Shown: positions 26,201-38,600 of the stretch, piece after piece | Layout: each line of letters begins with the position of its first letter | How positions within the stretch are numbered: position 1 is the first letter of the stretch | Origin: Klebsormidium nitens | Lineage: Eukaryota > Plantae > Klebsormidiophyceae | Direction: 5' to 3' | Assembly (NCBI GenBank): GCA_000708835.1 | Contig: DF237412.1 | Location: forward strand, 1 to 64,000 | Length of the DNA: 64,000 nucleotides | Made by a program: the position numbers and the translations under genes | The notes under the pieces: model-generated | Seen by the model: the letters and a program-made list of their open reading frames with translations, nothing else | What the model was told of the DNA's origin: nothing | Databases searched by the model: none

Positions 26201-27800
26201 GCTCCAATTTTGGTTCTACAGATTGCTGTCTCAATCAAGCCAAAGACTTCCGTAATTTCTCGAGCAGGTTGAGCATCTGCTTTGTCAGCCTCTGACTGAG
26301 CCCGATTGCAAAACCATAACTGGCTACTTCTCGTGGATGCACAGTTTCAGCATTCACGTCCGAAGCCATCTTTGCATGAGACTTCCCAAGCGCAACTTCA
26401 CCGCATTAACAGGAAAGCGCTTGACATGAATGCCTTACTCTCGATCCATCTCCTCATCTCCAAAGCTGTACTTGACGGGCATGCTGTGTGCAGCCTTTCG
26501 TTTGCATTTTCCCTTGATCTCTCACTGCTATAATACCTGAAGGTCCTTTTGCTGTCCCGCAGAAAGTCTGCAGCTGAGCAAGCCTGCAGCTCAAACCTGC
26601 TCCGAGCTTCACCTGGCGTCGCAAGTTACTGACAAATATTGCGCCCCCCCTTTTGCAAGCGAAGCTACGCTCATCTTCGACCGTAAGCTAAACACCGTTC
26701 TCCAAACAGCTCTCTCGCATTCTGTCGGTCCGCTTTATAATGTCACGGCAGTCGACCTCAAACCTATCAAGAAAACAGAAGAGGAGCTTCGTTATACAGT
26801 CTCTGAACTCAGGACGATTCATTAGAGGTGATCGGAGCTCTTCAATGCCGCAGTGGTGTTATTGGTGCTCTTAGGAGCCGTTGGCCGTACAAATAATTGG
26901 ACCTTCTGTAGTTGTCTAGGCTTTCACAGTGGTACTCCAAACGCCCGCTCTCTGAATCGACAGTCTTTTTGACCGATTTTGATCAACATAAACCTTTCTG
27001 GAACCATTTTGATAGATATCCATGGCCATACTCCTGTCCTTAACCGCTGTAATCTCGTAGGTTGGAAAGCTTCAAGACTTCTCTGTTGTATAGAACAGAT
27101 CTCAATGCGATGCGCTCCTTTCCTGGGGCCAGGCCGAAAGTGTTTTACGGGGTGATCACCTCTTTTTCAGCCGACCGCAGCGACAGAACACGCAATCTTT
27201 GGTTACCAGGCAGCAAACTTTGCAAAGCATAGAAAATCGGCTGATTGACTTTAGGTTTTGTTCCTTTCCAGCATGGATACTAAGCAGCAGCATGCACGTG
27301 CATCAAGTGACAACGCAGGCGCCATTGGCTGGGAAGAGGCAGCGGGCGAGCTCCCAGATAACGCCCTTTGGCGCAAAGAGGAGGTGAGACATCGTATTAT
27401 GCTCCTTTCTTTGACCCTTAGTATCCGATAAGTGCACTTAGACGCTGCCGTCATCATGGTTGTTCGGTTCACTCTTTGGCGGATCTGGAAAATGTTGTTT
27501 GGGATGTCAGCTGGCTCGATTTTTATATTCGTCAAAGCCAGCCAGAGTGCTGTAAAGACTTACACAAGGCTTTTCAATAGCTCGACTTTAGAGACACCTT
27601 CTTTTTATCAGGGTGATGCCTAAAGCTTTCAGTATGATTTTCAACTCCTCAAGAAACACTCCGACACAAATACAATAGGTTCTCCGGTCTCTTCCGACGA
27701 ACTTCAGCTCCTGTTCTCCGTCCCGAATGTCTTCCTTGCCTTCGTCCTTTCCTTCTCTTCCGTGGATCCTTGTAAGCTGGCTGCTGTTGAAAGCGTCTTC
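23240..27800 (-). CDS. Possible multi-exon gene or pseudogene, unknown product
   Basis: Protein-like segments on the - strand: GVFLEELKIILKALGITLIK; SHLLFAPKGVIWELARCLFPANG; YEITAVKDRSMAMDIYQNG; HALLEGHEKVMFAIDQ; YFINFVAGLYALQQARPGFTLTGSVNMQDALRHLEPLVRAVQARVVFRG; and ORF 23240-23674. Stops or frame changes lie between them; not assembled. Confidence 0.3.
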
Positions 27801-28116
27801 TTTTATTGCGGGATCTCCTAAATTGACTCGTATTCGTTAAACGCCGGTTTTGCATTCTCCATTCTTTTCGGGTACAACCTCATTCCTCGTCTCCAAAGAG
27901 CAAAAGATCTGTAAGCAAAAATGAACCTTAAGCCCTCAGTTGAAACGTGCTGTCCGCTTTCTCGCGCTCTCTCTCACATCCAAAGTCCCGGAACACACTA
28001 TACAATTGCCGTTCGATTCTACGCCTTCCCATCATGCAGATCGACCAGTATTTCCGTAGCATCTTCCCCTCGAAAAGTCTTCAAACGACCAGGTTCTTCG
28101 TTATCTGCTTTTCCAG

Positions 28117-31100
28117 AGCATCAAAGGAGCGGTTCCTGCTCCTCCCTCCCAGCCGGCCCGCCTTCCTAAGCCCTCCGAGTCCAGCAACTCCTCGAACTCT
28201 GTCGCCCCGAAAAACTCCCAGGATAAGACCGACGGCCTCCCGACCGGCTTTTCCCCCACGTCAAGCGAACACACCCCTCGAAGCACAGCCCCCGAGCAAA
28301 AGCCCCACTCGACCACGGAAGTCTGGCAGCCAAACCACTGGATTCAGTCGGCAGCAGCATCGACTGTGAGAAAGCCTGCCCCCGGAGAACTCCCGGAACC
28401 CCAAGCAGTGTCTGCCACTGTCCTTTCGGACGGGTCTGACGAGGTCGGTCACGATGACGTCGGAGCCGAAGGGACGTCTCTCTCGCCTGCCAAAACGAGC
28501 GACAGCGGAGCCGGGCAGGGCGACCAGGACTGGGCGAGAAATCTCCCTCCGCACCTTCTGGCATTTCACCGCGAGATTGAGGAGCTGAAAGGGCCCGAAC
28601 ACGCAGAGACGCGAAGCCGCCTCGGTATGAAGCTACTGCGCCGGTATCTGGACTACGTGGTGGGACCGTTAAGCACAAATTGTAAGTCTCACTCGTTGAA
28701 TGGCCACCAGATTGCAAGTCGCAGGACATGAGCATTGCTATTTTCTCGAATGGCCGCACAGTACATGTAATCTCTTTGGCACTCTTACTGTGGCGGAAAG
28801 GAAAGATTGAACCTCGCTGGCAGAGACAAGTATACTCTCTGCTCCTCGTGAACGTGATAGTTTAACCACAATAGAAACAAGAGAGAAGGAGGAGGACGTA
28901 GCACTTGAATGTTGCTCAGTCCCTATTTGACTTAGGAGGGAAGTTACTCCTGCGTGCCAAATCTACCCTGACGATGAAGGATGAGAAACAAAGCTTCTCA
29001 TTTGCCGCCTTCTCTGTGCTCGTAAAGATTCACGTTTGCATATAATCGAGAATAGTAATTGACGAGTTGGTGAAGGACTGACCTTCTGATGGCATCAGAA
29101 ATCACATTTGAACGGACCGTACGCCACCTATTGATCCACAAGCGGCTAAGTGGAGGCTCTCTCCGTCTTTCCACAGGACCGCAGGACACAGCTTGAGTTC
29201 ATGATCAAGGCCTACGAGTTCGAACCTCTTGTACTGGAGACGCTGCACAAGCTCTTGTCTGAGTGCCCGTAAGTCTTCCGCACTGTCCGTTCCTACCGGC
29301 TTGCTCCTGAGTACCTGGACGGTCGGCTTGACATAATCTGGCACGAATGTTTTACTTCACTTGTTGGGGGCTGTTGATCAACCGTCCTCCAGACATTTCG
29401 AAAACTTGGAACCTCTGATCCGTCAAAAGGGAAGTGGTGTCAAAAAGTTTTGGAGCATCCATAGAGACCCGAGGTGAATGGAAGCGTCGTAGCGCTCTCG
29501 AATAGTAATGTTTGTCACGCTCCTTCCCGAGCACTAAGTGAACGTCTCTAGCGCCCGGCCTGATGCATCATAAAGTTGTTCAGCCCGTTGCTTCGGCTCG
29601 TGAGAGTTGCTCAAGGACCCTGGAGACTGAGAAGAAGACTTTCTTATGAAACTTTTGTTTGCCAGAGGGCGTCGAAGCGCATGTTTTCCTCAGCGACCGT
29701 ACACCCCCCAAAAAGTCGCCCAAGAAATCCAACCAACGTCTGGTCTCTGGGATATCGACCGGTCCGTCGCATTTTGCAATCTTGGGCAGGATCCACGTAG
29801 AGGACAGGCGTCCCCTAAAACTTGGCGGTGCGCTTTTTTTGGGCAGCCGATGACGTCATCTTACCTCCTCCCGAATTGCTGCGTTTGCCTCCGGGTTCAC
29901 ATACCTCCGAGACTTTACGGTTTTGCTGAACTTCCTTCTGGAGCCAGATCTTGCGTCCGAAAACGGGCCGCAAACGCCCTCCGAATGTTAAAATGCTTGA
30001 CCGAAACGGTGACGCCAGCTGATTCCGTCAATTTGCGCGTCTTCCCGTTCACTCAAGTTGCTGACAGAGCCGCCCCCAACTCTTGCAGCCCCACCCCAAC
30101 CCCCGCCGCGCGTTTCAAGCCCGGAGGCGACCTCAGCACTGTCGCGTCCACTGTCGAGAGCTTCATCTTTGGCATAGCGCGGACTCTCTGTGAAGGACGA
30201 GAGAAGGGCGCATTCAACCTGCTCCAATGCGACCAAGGGCTGTGCGACTGGCTCCTCAAGGGGTGGAAGGGCCGGCTTCCGCCGCCAGTCGTTGCCGCCT
30301 TCTCCGAGTCGAGCCCGGAAGAGATTACCGACGACGCTGCGGGCCTGCTCGTTGCCCTCTACCACATGAGGTGAGTGACGGCCAGCAATTTACAGTTAGA
30401 TGCTAATCGAGTTTGTTGCGAGGCGTGTATAACTTGACGGTTCTGTCGATTTGCGAGATCCCGACATATTAACGGTTAACATTGGACTGGTAATCTTTTT
30501 AGTCTCTAGAAACGACACTTCCGGTAAGTAGATAGCAACGCCTGTTCTCAACCTTTTGCTGTGAGGTCCCAAAATCACGGTCGGACAAGTCAAGTCACCT
30601 CGGTGCTTCGTTTGGACACCAATTACAGCTCGCTCGCAGACATCATTTGATTCCTCTGAAGCACTTTCTACCTCTTTTTTGAGAACGCGTCCTCGAAGCG
30701 CCGTTCCAATGGGTCTGCAGGCTCTCCGCTTGTTGAACTTCTCGTGACACACTCACAATAGGACACTAGAATCCTCAGTATTTTCACATCAGGTCGGTTG
30801 CGCTGCCACCACCCAACAACTTTATAACCCCCGTTGAACTTCAAAATGCAAAGAGAATCTTTTCTTCCCGCAGCGTTCATGCTCGGAGCCACCCCTGCCT
30901 GCGCATCCAAGGCGACGACTACTGCCTCAGCGCGGCACTCTTCGCGTGGCGCGAGTGGGGCAGCGACCTGCTAATATTCCTGCTAAACACCTTCTATTAC
31001 GCAATCGACCATCCCCCCACCCTCCTCCACTCCAAGTGCACGCCGCTCGGCAACGACCCGTCGGTCTCCGCTTCGTTCCACGGGCAACTGTGGGATGCAA

Positions 31101-31180
31101 AGTTGACCGGGGAACTGCAACAGCTTCTGTGGATCCTGCGCGCGCTGTCCCTGAAGCAGAGCGCGGCACGCGCCTCGTAG
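28117..31180 (+). CDS. Uncharacterised multi-exon protein, paralogue B of the HxxxHxxxHPCL/GNDP family; start codon unresolved
   Basis: Exons 28117-28681, 29177-29268, 29393-29473, 29584-29599 (16-nt microexon), 29694-29761, 30089-30370 and 30874-31180 (TAG). Phases join from 29177 to the stop. The C-terminal region aligns with the gene at 5537-11967. Confidence 0.78.
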
Positions 31181-34100
31181 ACATGAGAGTATCTGGCCAA
31201 GATTTCGTTGAGCTTGAACAAACCGGTGGTGTGAAGTCGTAGAAGCTCAAAGATCAGGTTTGGATCCTTTGGAATGTTAGCATTCATAAGCGTGACAGTC
31301 TGAGAATTTTGCTTATTGCCTAAGTTGATTTGTGCTATTGGCAGTAGACGGACTGCAGACCCAGGATTGATGAGCTAGGAACGAATTGCTGGACATCGCA
31401 GTACATCCTCATCAGGGAGTTGTTCTTAGCTTCAAGTGTGTGCATGTGAAATAGATTGACGACACCATTGAGTGTTAATAACGTGGCCATAAATTAGAGT
31501 GCAACTCTTAACAGGACTTCCCATGCACCACGAGCACATGTATCGAGGCCGGAATGATATTATGGTTCGCCCTGATTCCGTCGACAAGAAGATGCCCCAC
31601 AAGCGGGAAATTCACTAGCTGCTTTGGGCGATAAGGTATGCAGACCTTAGCCCATGAGATTTTCGATTATAGACATCTTAGTACCATGGAAGCATTCCAA
31701 CAGAGGCCAGGCGCAACACCCGCATGGCGTTGAACAGGGATGTCCCCATACCCAGGCTAACAGGACTTGATCAAAGACATCCGTATTTCCTAGGCTGAGA
31801 GCTCCTCTCTTTCTCTTCCCCTTCGCCCCGGGCCGGGGTGGTGGGGTTTAAGGGCGAAGGAGCGACAATTATCTAGACAAACCAGAGTTTCTCAGCACAA
31901 GAGATGTTTTGTGCTCTGAATAATTAAGCGAGATTGGCGCATCTCGTGTGCCCAAGGTCGTGCTGATAGCCACTCGGGCCACGGAGCTCGACATCGTTTT
32001 AGTTCCGTCGCCAAAAAGCTGAGAGTGACTGACTTGACCGACCACCAAATCATGCTTTCAACCCCTGCGATGCTAGTAGGGACCGACACGAGACACGGAA
32101 ATGAGGACTCCTCGCGGATCACATTAATGGTAAGGTGAACGTTTTGGAAGACCTCGGTCAAAATGCAGTGTCGATCTAAGTTAGAGCTGACAACGTTCCT
32201 CGACGTCGCTCTTCAAAAGAATATAGACTCGATTTTCAACAGCCTTTAGATCTTCTAAACACTCCTCGGAACAAGCACGTAGCTTTTGGCGCAGCACTGG
32301 TATAGGGTGCGCGCAACACGCTAAGGAACACGTCGCTGGCAGGACACGTCGCTCGGACGTCACGTGCAAAGCTGTTCGCATACGCACTTGGATCTGTCGC
32401 AGTGTTCAAGCTGGCCAGCAATAATATGGCCCCCGACAAACTTGTTCGGGCGCAGTACTCACATATTGCAGATCCTCCTCCACCGCAACATCTGGGGCAA
32501 GTTTGGCCTCATACTTGGAAGCACTGCCGTCTTGGGAGCACTGCATGCGTTTACCCCATGTGGCTCGCAGCAACATCTAAAAAACGGGGCTGCCCGTCAA
32601 TGCGAAATTGGCCCACGTGGCTATTGCACATTGAATTTGGCCGGGCATCTGGTCGCCATGTGGAACGTGTCCCACAACATTCATCTCAAGGGCGGCCTTG
32701 TAAATGGTGCAGTAGGGAAACAAAAAGTAAAACAAGACTAATTTCATGTTTGGTCCCTCGTTCGGCTATTGACCCGCCAACATGGCCTGGTCCCACGCCG
32801 GCTGTAATAGCAGACTCTGAGCCGATCCCCAGATTCCCAGCTAGCAGCTAGTGCTTGCATACCTACGCCAAATGTACTGCCAGTCACAACAGATTATGCA
32901 AAAGCTAAGGACATTGAAGCTTCATAGACATGGACGCGAGTATAATCTGGATTGTACTGCGATACGTCCTCAATCGCTCGCGACAGTGTCAATCTGATCA
33001 GGGTCATCGGCACAGCCCGGCCCCAGCCCGGCCTGCCCCTGCCGTGCCCGGGCCCAGCTGCCCATGCCGCCTTCTAAACATTTAGGGACGTCTGAGGGAC
33101 GTCACGGTTATTACTAAGCGGGTAGTTGCGGCCGGTACCAAGGTGGTCTGGCACAGTACTGATCTCGCGATATATGGCTCTCCTCCGCCTCCAGGACCAC
33201 AGTGCCAAGAAAACAAATAGGAAGACGTAGGACCTAGGTATGGTAGGTACTGGCAGGTTATAACTGGCACTGCACAGGTAATTCATATTACAAGAACCAG
33301 GTAGGGACTGCAGCTCTGTTGACAAAATAGACAAAATCGACAAAGCTCGACAAGGAATGGGAATGCATCCGAGCCATAATGCATGATCAATCTTGTCTCT
33401 CGATTTGAAGTTACGAGAAACCGTATCCGCAATTATCCTGACCCCTAGGAACTTCAGGTTCATTTAGCATCATGTGTGTGTGTGTTGGGATCTTGGGAGC
33501 ATGTGGAGACACTCTGGACACTGATCAGATAATCACGAGTGACATAGGTTTTGATTGAAATCCCCGCACTGTGGGCACTAAGAGACCTAGTGTCCCATCT
33601 GGAAGGTATAATCAGCTTACTCCTAAGCTCATTAGTACACATACATCATAGATTGTCAAAGATCTAATCAATAATACAAACCCAGGCTGCTTTGGTCCCG
33701 TTTGTTTCTGTTTCTCCGTTGCTCAGTCGATCAGTCCTTGCAGGGATCGGTCCCGTGACTACTGCCTTTGGAGCTGACTCGGAGGTCGTGACTGGGTGCC
33801 CGGTTGACGGTCCTATTATGAGATTGCGACTTAATGCATGATGGCAATCTGACGTACATTTTCACCTGTTGTAAGGTTTTTAAATGTGCCAACTGGCAAT
33901 CGACCTCAGATTCCTCAACCAATCAGATCGAACGAGCCGTACTCTAGTCTCTGTCATATGATCGCATGCTGACGTTGCAATTGGCGGGATTTCATGGGTG
34001 CATGCTCGGGAGTCGGAACTTAAAGATTGTATGAACATCCGGGACAGGATTCTGCCCCGGGGGGCATCTCAGACCCGGGGCTCCACCCTGGGGCCAGTAG

Positions 34101-35305
34101 ACTGCTTTTGCAGGTCGCAGGTTTTGGTCGGGGCAAGCAGTCCCTGGGGTCTGCTCTTACCCGGGCTACTGCAAAACAGCTTCGGGGATACTCTGCGCCG
34201 GTCATTCGGCGCCCCGATCGCATCTGCGCGGCTCGGAAGTCGGAACCCGTCACGTTCCGTTCAGGCTGTACCTCGTGAATCTGACGCAAAACCGGTACTA
34301 GACGTGAGTCAGCCCGAAGAGTGCACCTACGACAGAACAAGCTATGGCCACGGAAGTGCCCGGGGGTCGGGTACAGATTCAGGGGTTTGCAGTGTGTCTT
34401 CAATAATTGGGCTGCAAACTGCAGAGCCAGTGCTTCTTCCATGGTTTAGGTCTCTTTAGTTTCGGCTTCCCCCGGGCAAATTGCTCAACATGTACTTGAG
34501 AATCGAGGCTCTCAATCCGGTGAGTCCGAAACCGGTTTGCCGCTCTACAGGATTACGGCTGCCGGCCGCGAATGTAGGTAATATTTAACACGCATCGTCA
34601 CGCAAGCCCTTGCCAAGCCCTGCCATGAGCCAATGCCAAGCCTTCAAGGCTGGATCATTGCATGTATGCCAGCGCCCGGTTCCCAGCTTCAAGGGTTGCA
34701 ATCATCATTAGCCTTGATGATTGCAACCCACTAGCCGCCGCCGCCAACCGGGCTGCCATCCTTGGGCGTACACATAATTTGCCCTTTTTAAGGTAGCTAC
34801 ACAGGTAGCTGAAATAATTTACCGTATGCATGGGCTGCACCACTTTGGGCCCCCCAGAGCTTTTCAATGTACAGATGATACCGTACGTGCACCGGCCGTC
34901 TGGCGACGGCGGGGGCTTGCCTCTTCCGACTATTCGAACGGCTGGAAATCAGCACACAGAGACGACCGGGGCCCTGCATGCTCTAGTGCGGGCGCGCCGG
35001 ACGGCCAAGTCATGCTTATTCCGGGGGGCAAGTACACAGGTTTCCTCCCGAGCCTCGAAGTTTCGACGTCGGTACCCTTCCATGCACGAACTTCGACGGC
35101 GAAGCTGTCGAAGCACACGTGCTTATGACTGAGCGGCGACCAAATTCGTCGCATAAACAAACGGAACCGCACGATAAATCATCGACGGACGACCCCAAAC
35201 GCCCAGCCAGGGCTCTAGCGCAGGCAGCACCCAACCCAATAATTGCCAACCGCATTTAAAACCAACAAATGCTGGTCGCCCAACACAACTGCACGTCGAA
35301 ATACT

Positions 35306-35493
35306 GGCAACGCTCGCTTGCACTAAGAGCCGCTTGCACTAAGATACGTAGCTCCCGGGCACCCAAACTAAAACCCTAACCAAACAAACAACGCGCTCCG
35401 CACCCGTACCCACCCTAACCCCCAGACTAACCCCACCCGTCCCCCGGGTGCCTATCTTAGTGCAAGCTGCTCTTAGTGCAAGCTAGCGTTGCC
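35306..35493. mobile_element. MITE-like element (~188 bp) with ~41-bp TIRs built from doubled GCTTGCACTAAGA, and a C/A-rich core with CCCTAA motifs
   Basis: GGCAACGCTCGCTTGCACTAAGAGCCGCTTGCACTAAGATA (35306-35346) pairs with 35453-35493 with 2 mismatches. No target-site duplication was found. Confidence 0.65.
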
Positions 35494-35677
35494 GGAGTCA
35501 CGTCGAACATAAATTTGGCGACAGCTAACCACAACGCCCCACAAAGCATGTCGCCAGAATAACAAGCACGTCTCGACGCGAAGTCGAGCATCTACGCCGC
35601 TCCGCGCGCCAGTCTGCCATAAGTCTGACAATTTATATGGGAGGTATTCTCTTCTTTCCTGTACGTTTTATCGTCGA

Positions 35678-38600
35678 ATGTCGGCCAATCGAGCAAGGTC
35701 GAAGCGCCTCGATCGCCAGGGCCGCGTCGCGGCGTCGTACAGTGCCGAAATCGGCGTCCCCTATGTCTCCCCTCTTCCGGAGGAAGAGGCAAGCCAATAT
35801 ACCTAGAACTTGAAGGGACTCGGGGAGTGCTTGAATTCTCACAAAAGACAAGGATGCCTCTGGCGCCAAGTAGGTACGTCCACAGCATGGATCCAGACAA
35901 AACAAGTCATGTACGACAGGTGCTGAATACCAGCCTGCTGCATGGGTGATCAAGAGCTACGTACCTAGCTAGCTCTGACCACTGGCACCAACTTATGCAA
36001 ACTTTTCCAACGGCAGGGATGAGGTTATCAGTCGAGTAAGACAACCGCAGAACCTTAGCATTTACACACGGGCCTGCTGAGACCAAACACTCGCAGCTGC
36101 TGGCAGGGACGGATTGCACTTACGCCTGGAAGCAACGCAACCCAGGACGTAGCTGTGACTGCCTGCCATTGTTCACCAGCAATGCAGTCTTCCTGCAATC
36201 CTCTACATGTAGCTGTGTAGTTGATTGCTTGGTAAGAAGTCTGACAGCGGGCCTCCAGATTAGTCCCAGCTGAGGTCTGCTTCCACAACGCAATTTCAGC
36301 TCAACTGGTCGCTGTGTGCAGAGGAGACGTGAGTTTTCCTATGACCCCATTCTCTGCTCGGGCCACAGAGTTGAACTTACTCTTTCAACTAGGAACCCAA
36401 AAGTCCATTTGTGAACCAAGAGGAGGCGGGGCAGTCTACCAAAACTGCTACAGCAGTGTGCAGAGCTCCAATCGCTGCTGCAAGGGTAAGACCTTTTACA
36501 TGGATCTGCTATATCAGTTCTGCTAGATCTGCTTTCAAGAAGCAGTGCATGCATGCATTACGTCATTTATCAATGCAAACTGGCAAAGTGGGCATGCTCC
36601 CAGTTCCAGAAGGTCCGTAGACAATCTCAGTCAAATTTCAGAAAGCCTCGAGAGATGGGATGGATGCAGACTGTCACCAAAGGTTTCAGAAGTCTTGTGA
36701 CCAGATTGGATGTTCAAATGTGAAGGAATGCTTGGGATCTACCATTCATGGGATTGCAGTCATGGTCGAATTGGACTCTCAGCATTGCGTTCCATCTGCC
36801 AAGGAGTTAGGACCGCCAGTTACTCCCATAATAGGTGTACAGTTGCCTTCAACGTGCTTAGGACTCATATGCATTGCGGTTGAACATCCAATAACAAACA
36901 TGTAGACCTGGAAGGTTTGTGGCACCCTACTCCTTCAAGGCAGCTCATATGACCACATTCAAAGATGAGATCTAGTTAATGTCCTTATGCATAGAGTTGC
37001 GCTCAGTCTGCTCCCAGCTGCAACCAGCTTCTTCTCATAAGCATCTTCTTGTTTAGTCACAAATGGCCTCAGCATTCAAGCTACTCACAAGCGCAGCCGC
37101 GCAGAATGCAGTCTTTTCCACTCCTTTCCGGGGCACTCCCCCGTATCTATCAGGCTTCTTCTCACCTTGTCACCGTCAGCATACAGTCTACTCATGAGCT
37201 CATGTGCCAACGGTTGGGCGTAATCTAGCCTTTTCCTCTCCTTCCAGGGGCACTCCCCCGCTTGAGTTCACGCACAACTGCTGCAACTGAGAAGCTCTTG
37301 GGTGTTCTGCAATCCAGGCTGTCACTAAGCAAGCAGTGACAGTTCAAAACAGCATTTGTGCTTGGAAATAGCTTCCATCATGCCGATGACAAGCAGTTCC
37401 TCTGGCAGCTCAACAGAGTCTTGGGACTTTTCAACCACTAGCAGTGAGGACCTTGAGGACCTGCAGCTGGTTGTAGAGCCAGACGTGCTCGATCGCTGCG
37501 GGAAGAGGATCAAGTGCGCCTTCTTCTCACACAGTCTGCAGGTAGGAAATACATTGAGTGTGAATATCAATGTCTCCTCTGCTCGCTGTGTGTGTGGCTG
37601 CAAGTCTTAAGCAGGGCAACAGTTGGTCCACTTGTATGCAGGCAGATCTATCTCTGTTATCATGTTGGACAAGGGTTGCTTATGATGTTTGGACCGACAG
37701 GCGGACTGTCAAGCTGTAGACAAAGTGTGTTGGAAGTCGAGGGCACGCTTTTGAAAAAGCTGTCTTAAGATCTCGGTAGAATAATTGTCAATGCGTCAGT
37801 TATGACAGGGTGCAGAAGCCGTTTGAATTCCTCTAATCATCAAGTGCTTAAACTGCTCAGGTTAACTGTTGTTAAGGGCTCAAGGGCAGCTGTCCAAAGT
37901 TTTCCTTTCAGATCCGAAGGACTTTCTGCAAGGGGAAAAGAGAGACGCATTGGAAGATCCCTGCTCAGTCCAGTGGCTCTGCCTGAGAAAAAGTGTCTTG
38001 CAAGTGATTCTGCAAACTCACCTATCCACTGTGTGCTGCAGCGAAACGGCGCGAATGTATACCTGCTGCACCTATGTAGCTGGCTGATTGACGAATTTGA
38101 GGTGGACCTGGTTTCACCCAAGGTGGGAACTTTCACCACTCAACCTCTTAAGAACGCCGTCCAGACAAGGAGCACTTCATAAAGCCTCTTTCCGAAGGTT
38201 TGGAGAGGGGTTCGTTGAGACAAAGTAACTGGACAATCTAAAGTACAGAAGACTTGAACACATCTTGAACATGTCTGCAGAAGACTTGAACACGTCTTAC
38301 ATGTCTGCTGGAGGTCGCATTTATCACTGGCCTACGCCCTTGTCAACAACGGCCCTGAATATTTGAAGGCAACTTGAGAGAACAGAAGCCTTCTGAATAT
38401 GAATCGTTCTTATTTTGCACAGTCCGCAGAAAGTCAAAAGTCACTGCGAAGATGACACGCAAGCTCAAGCTATTCGAAGAATCATAACGCTGAAAGCGTA
38501 CATGACCATGTCTCTCTGGCACACGTGTAGTGTACCTCAGCGTTCGATGGTAGACGACCAGATTTTCATGGCATCACACGTGCCACCTCCAGACTTCACT

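Noticed and set aside
28998-29534. Minus-strand ORFs suggesting a nested or viral gene
   Set aside because: Explained as antisense shadows of + strand exons 29177-29268 and 29393-29473.
30396-31287. Minus-strand ORFs, including a TKHRGD segment suggestive of a 2OG-Fe dioxygenase
   Set aside because: They lie antisense to the last exon and intron of paralogue B, whose + frame is supported by homology. No real HxD motif is present.
31795-31880. Helitron 3' end (hairpin followed by CTAG)
   Set aside because: The base after CTAG is A rather than the expected T, and no Rep/helicase fragment or 5' end was found.
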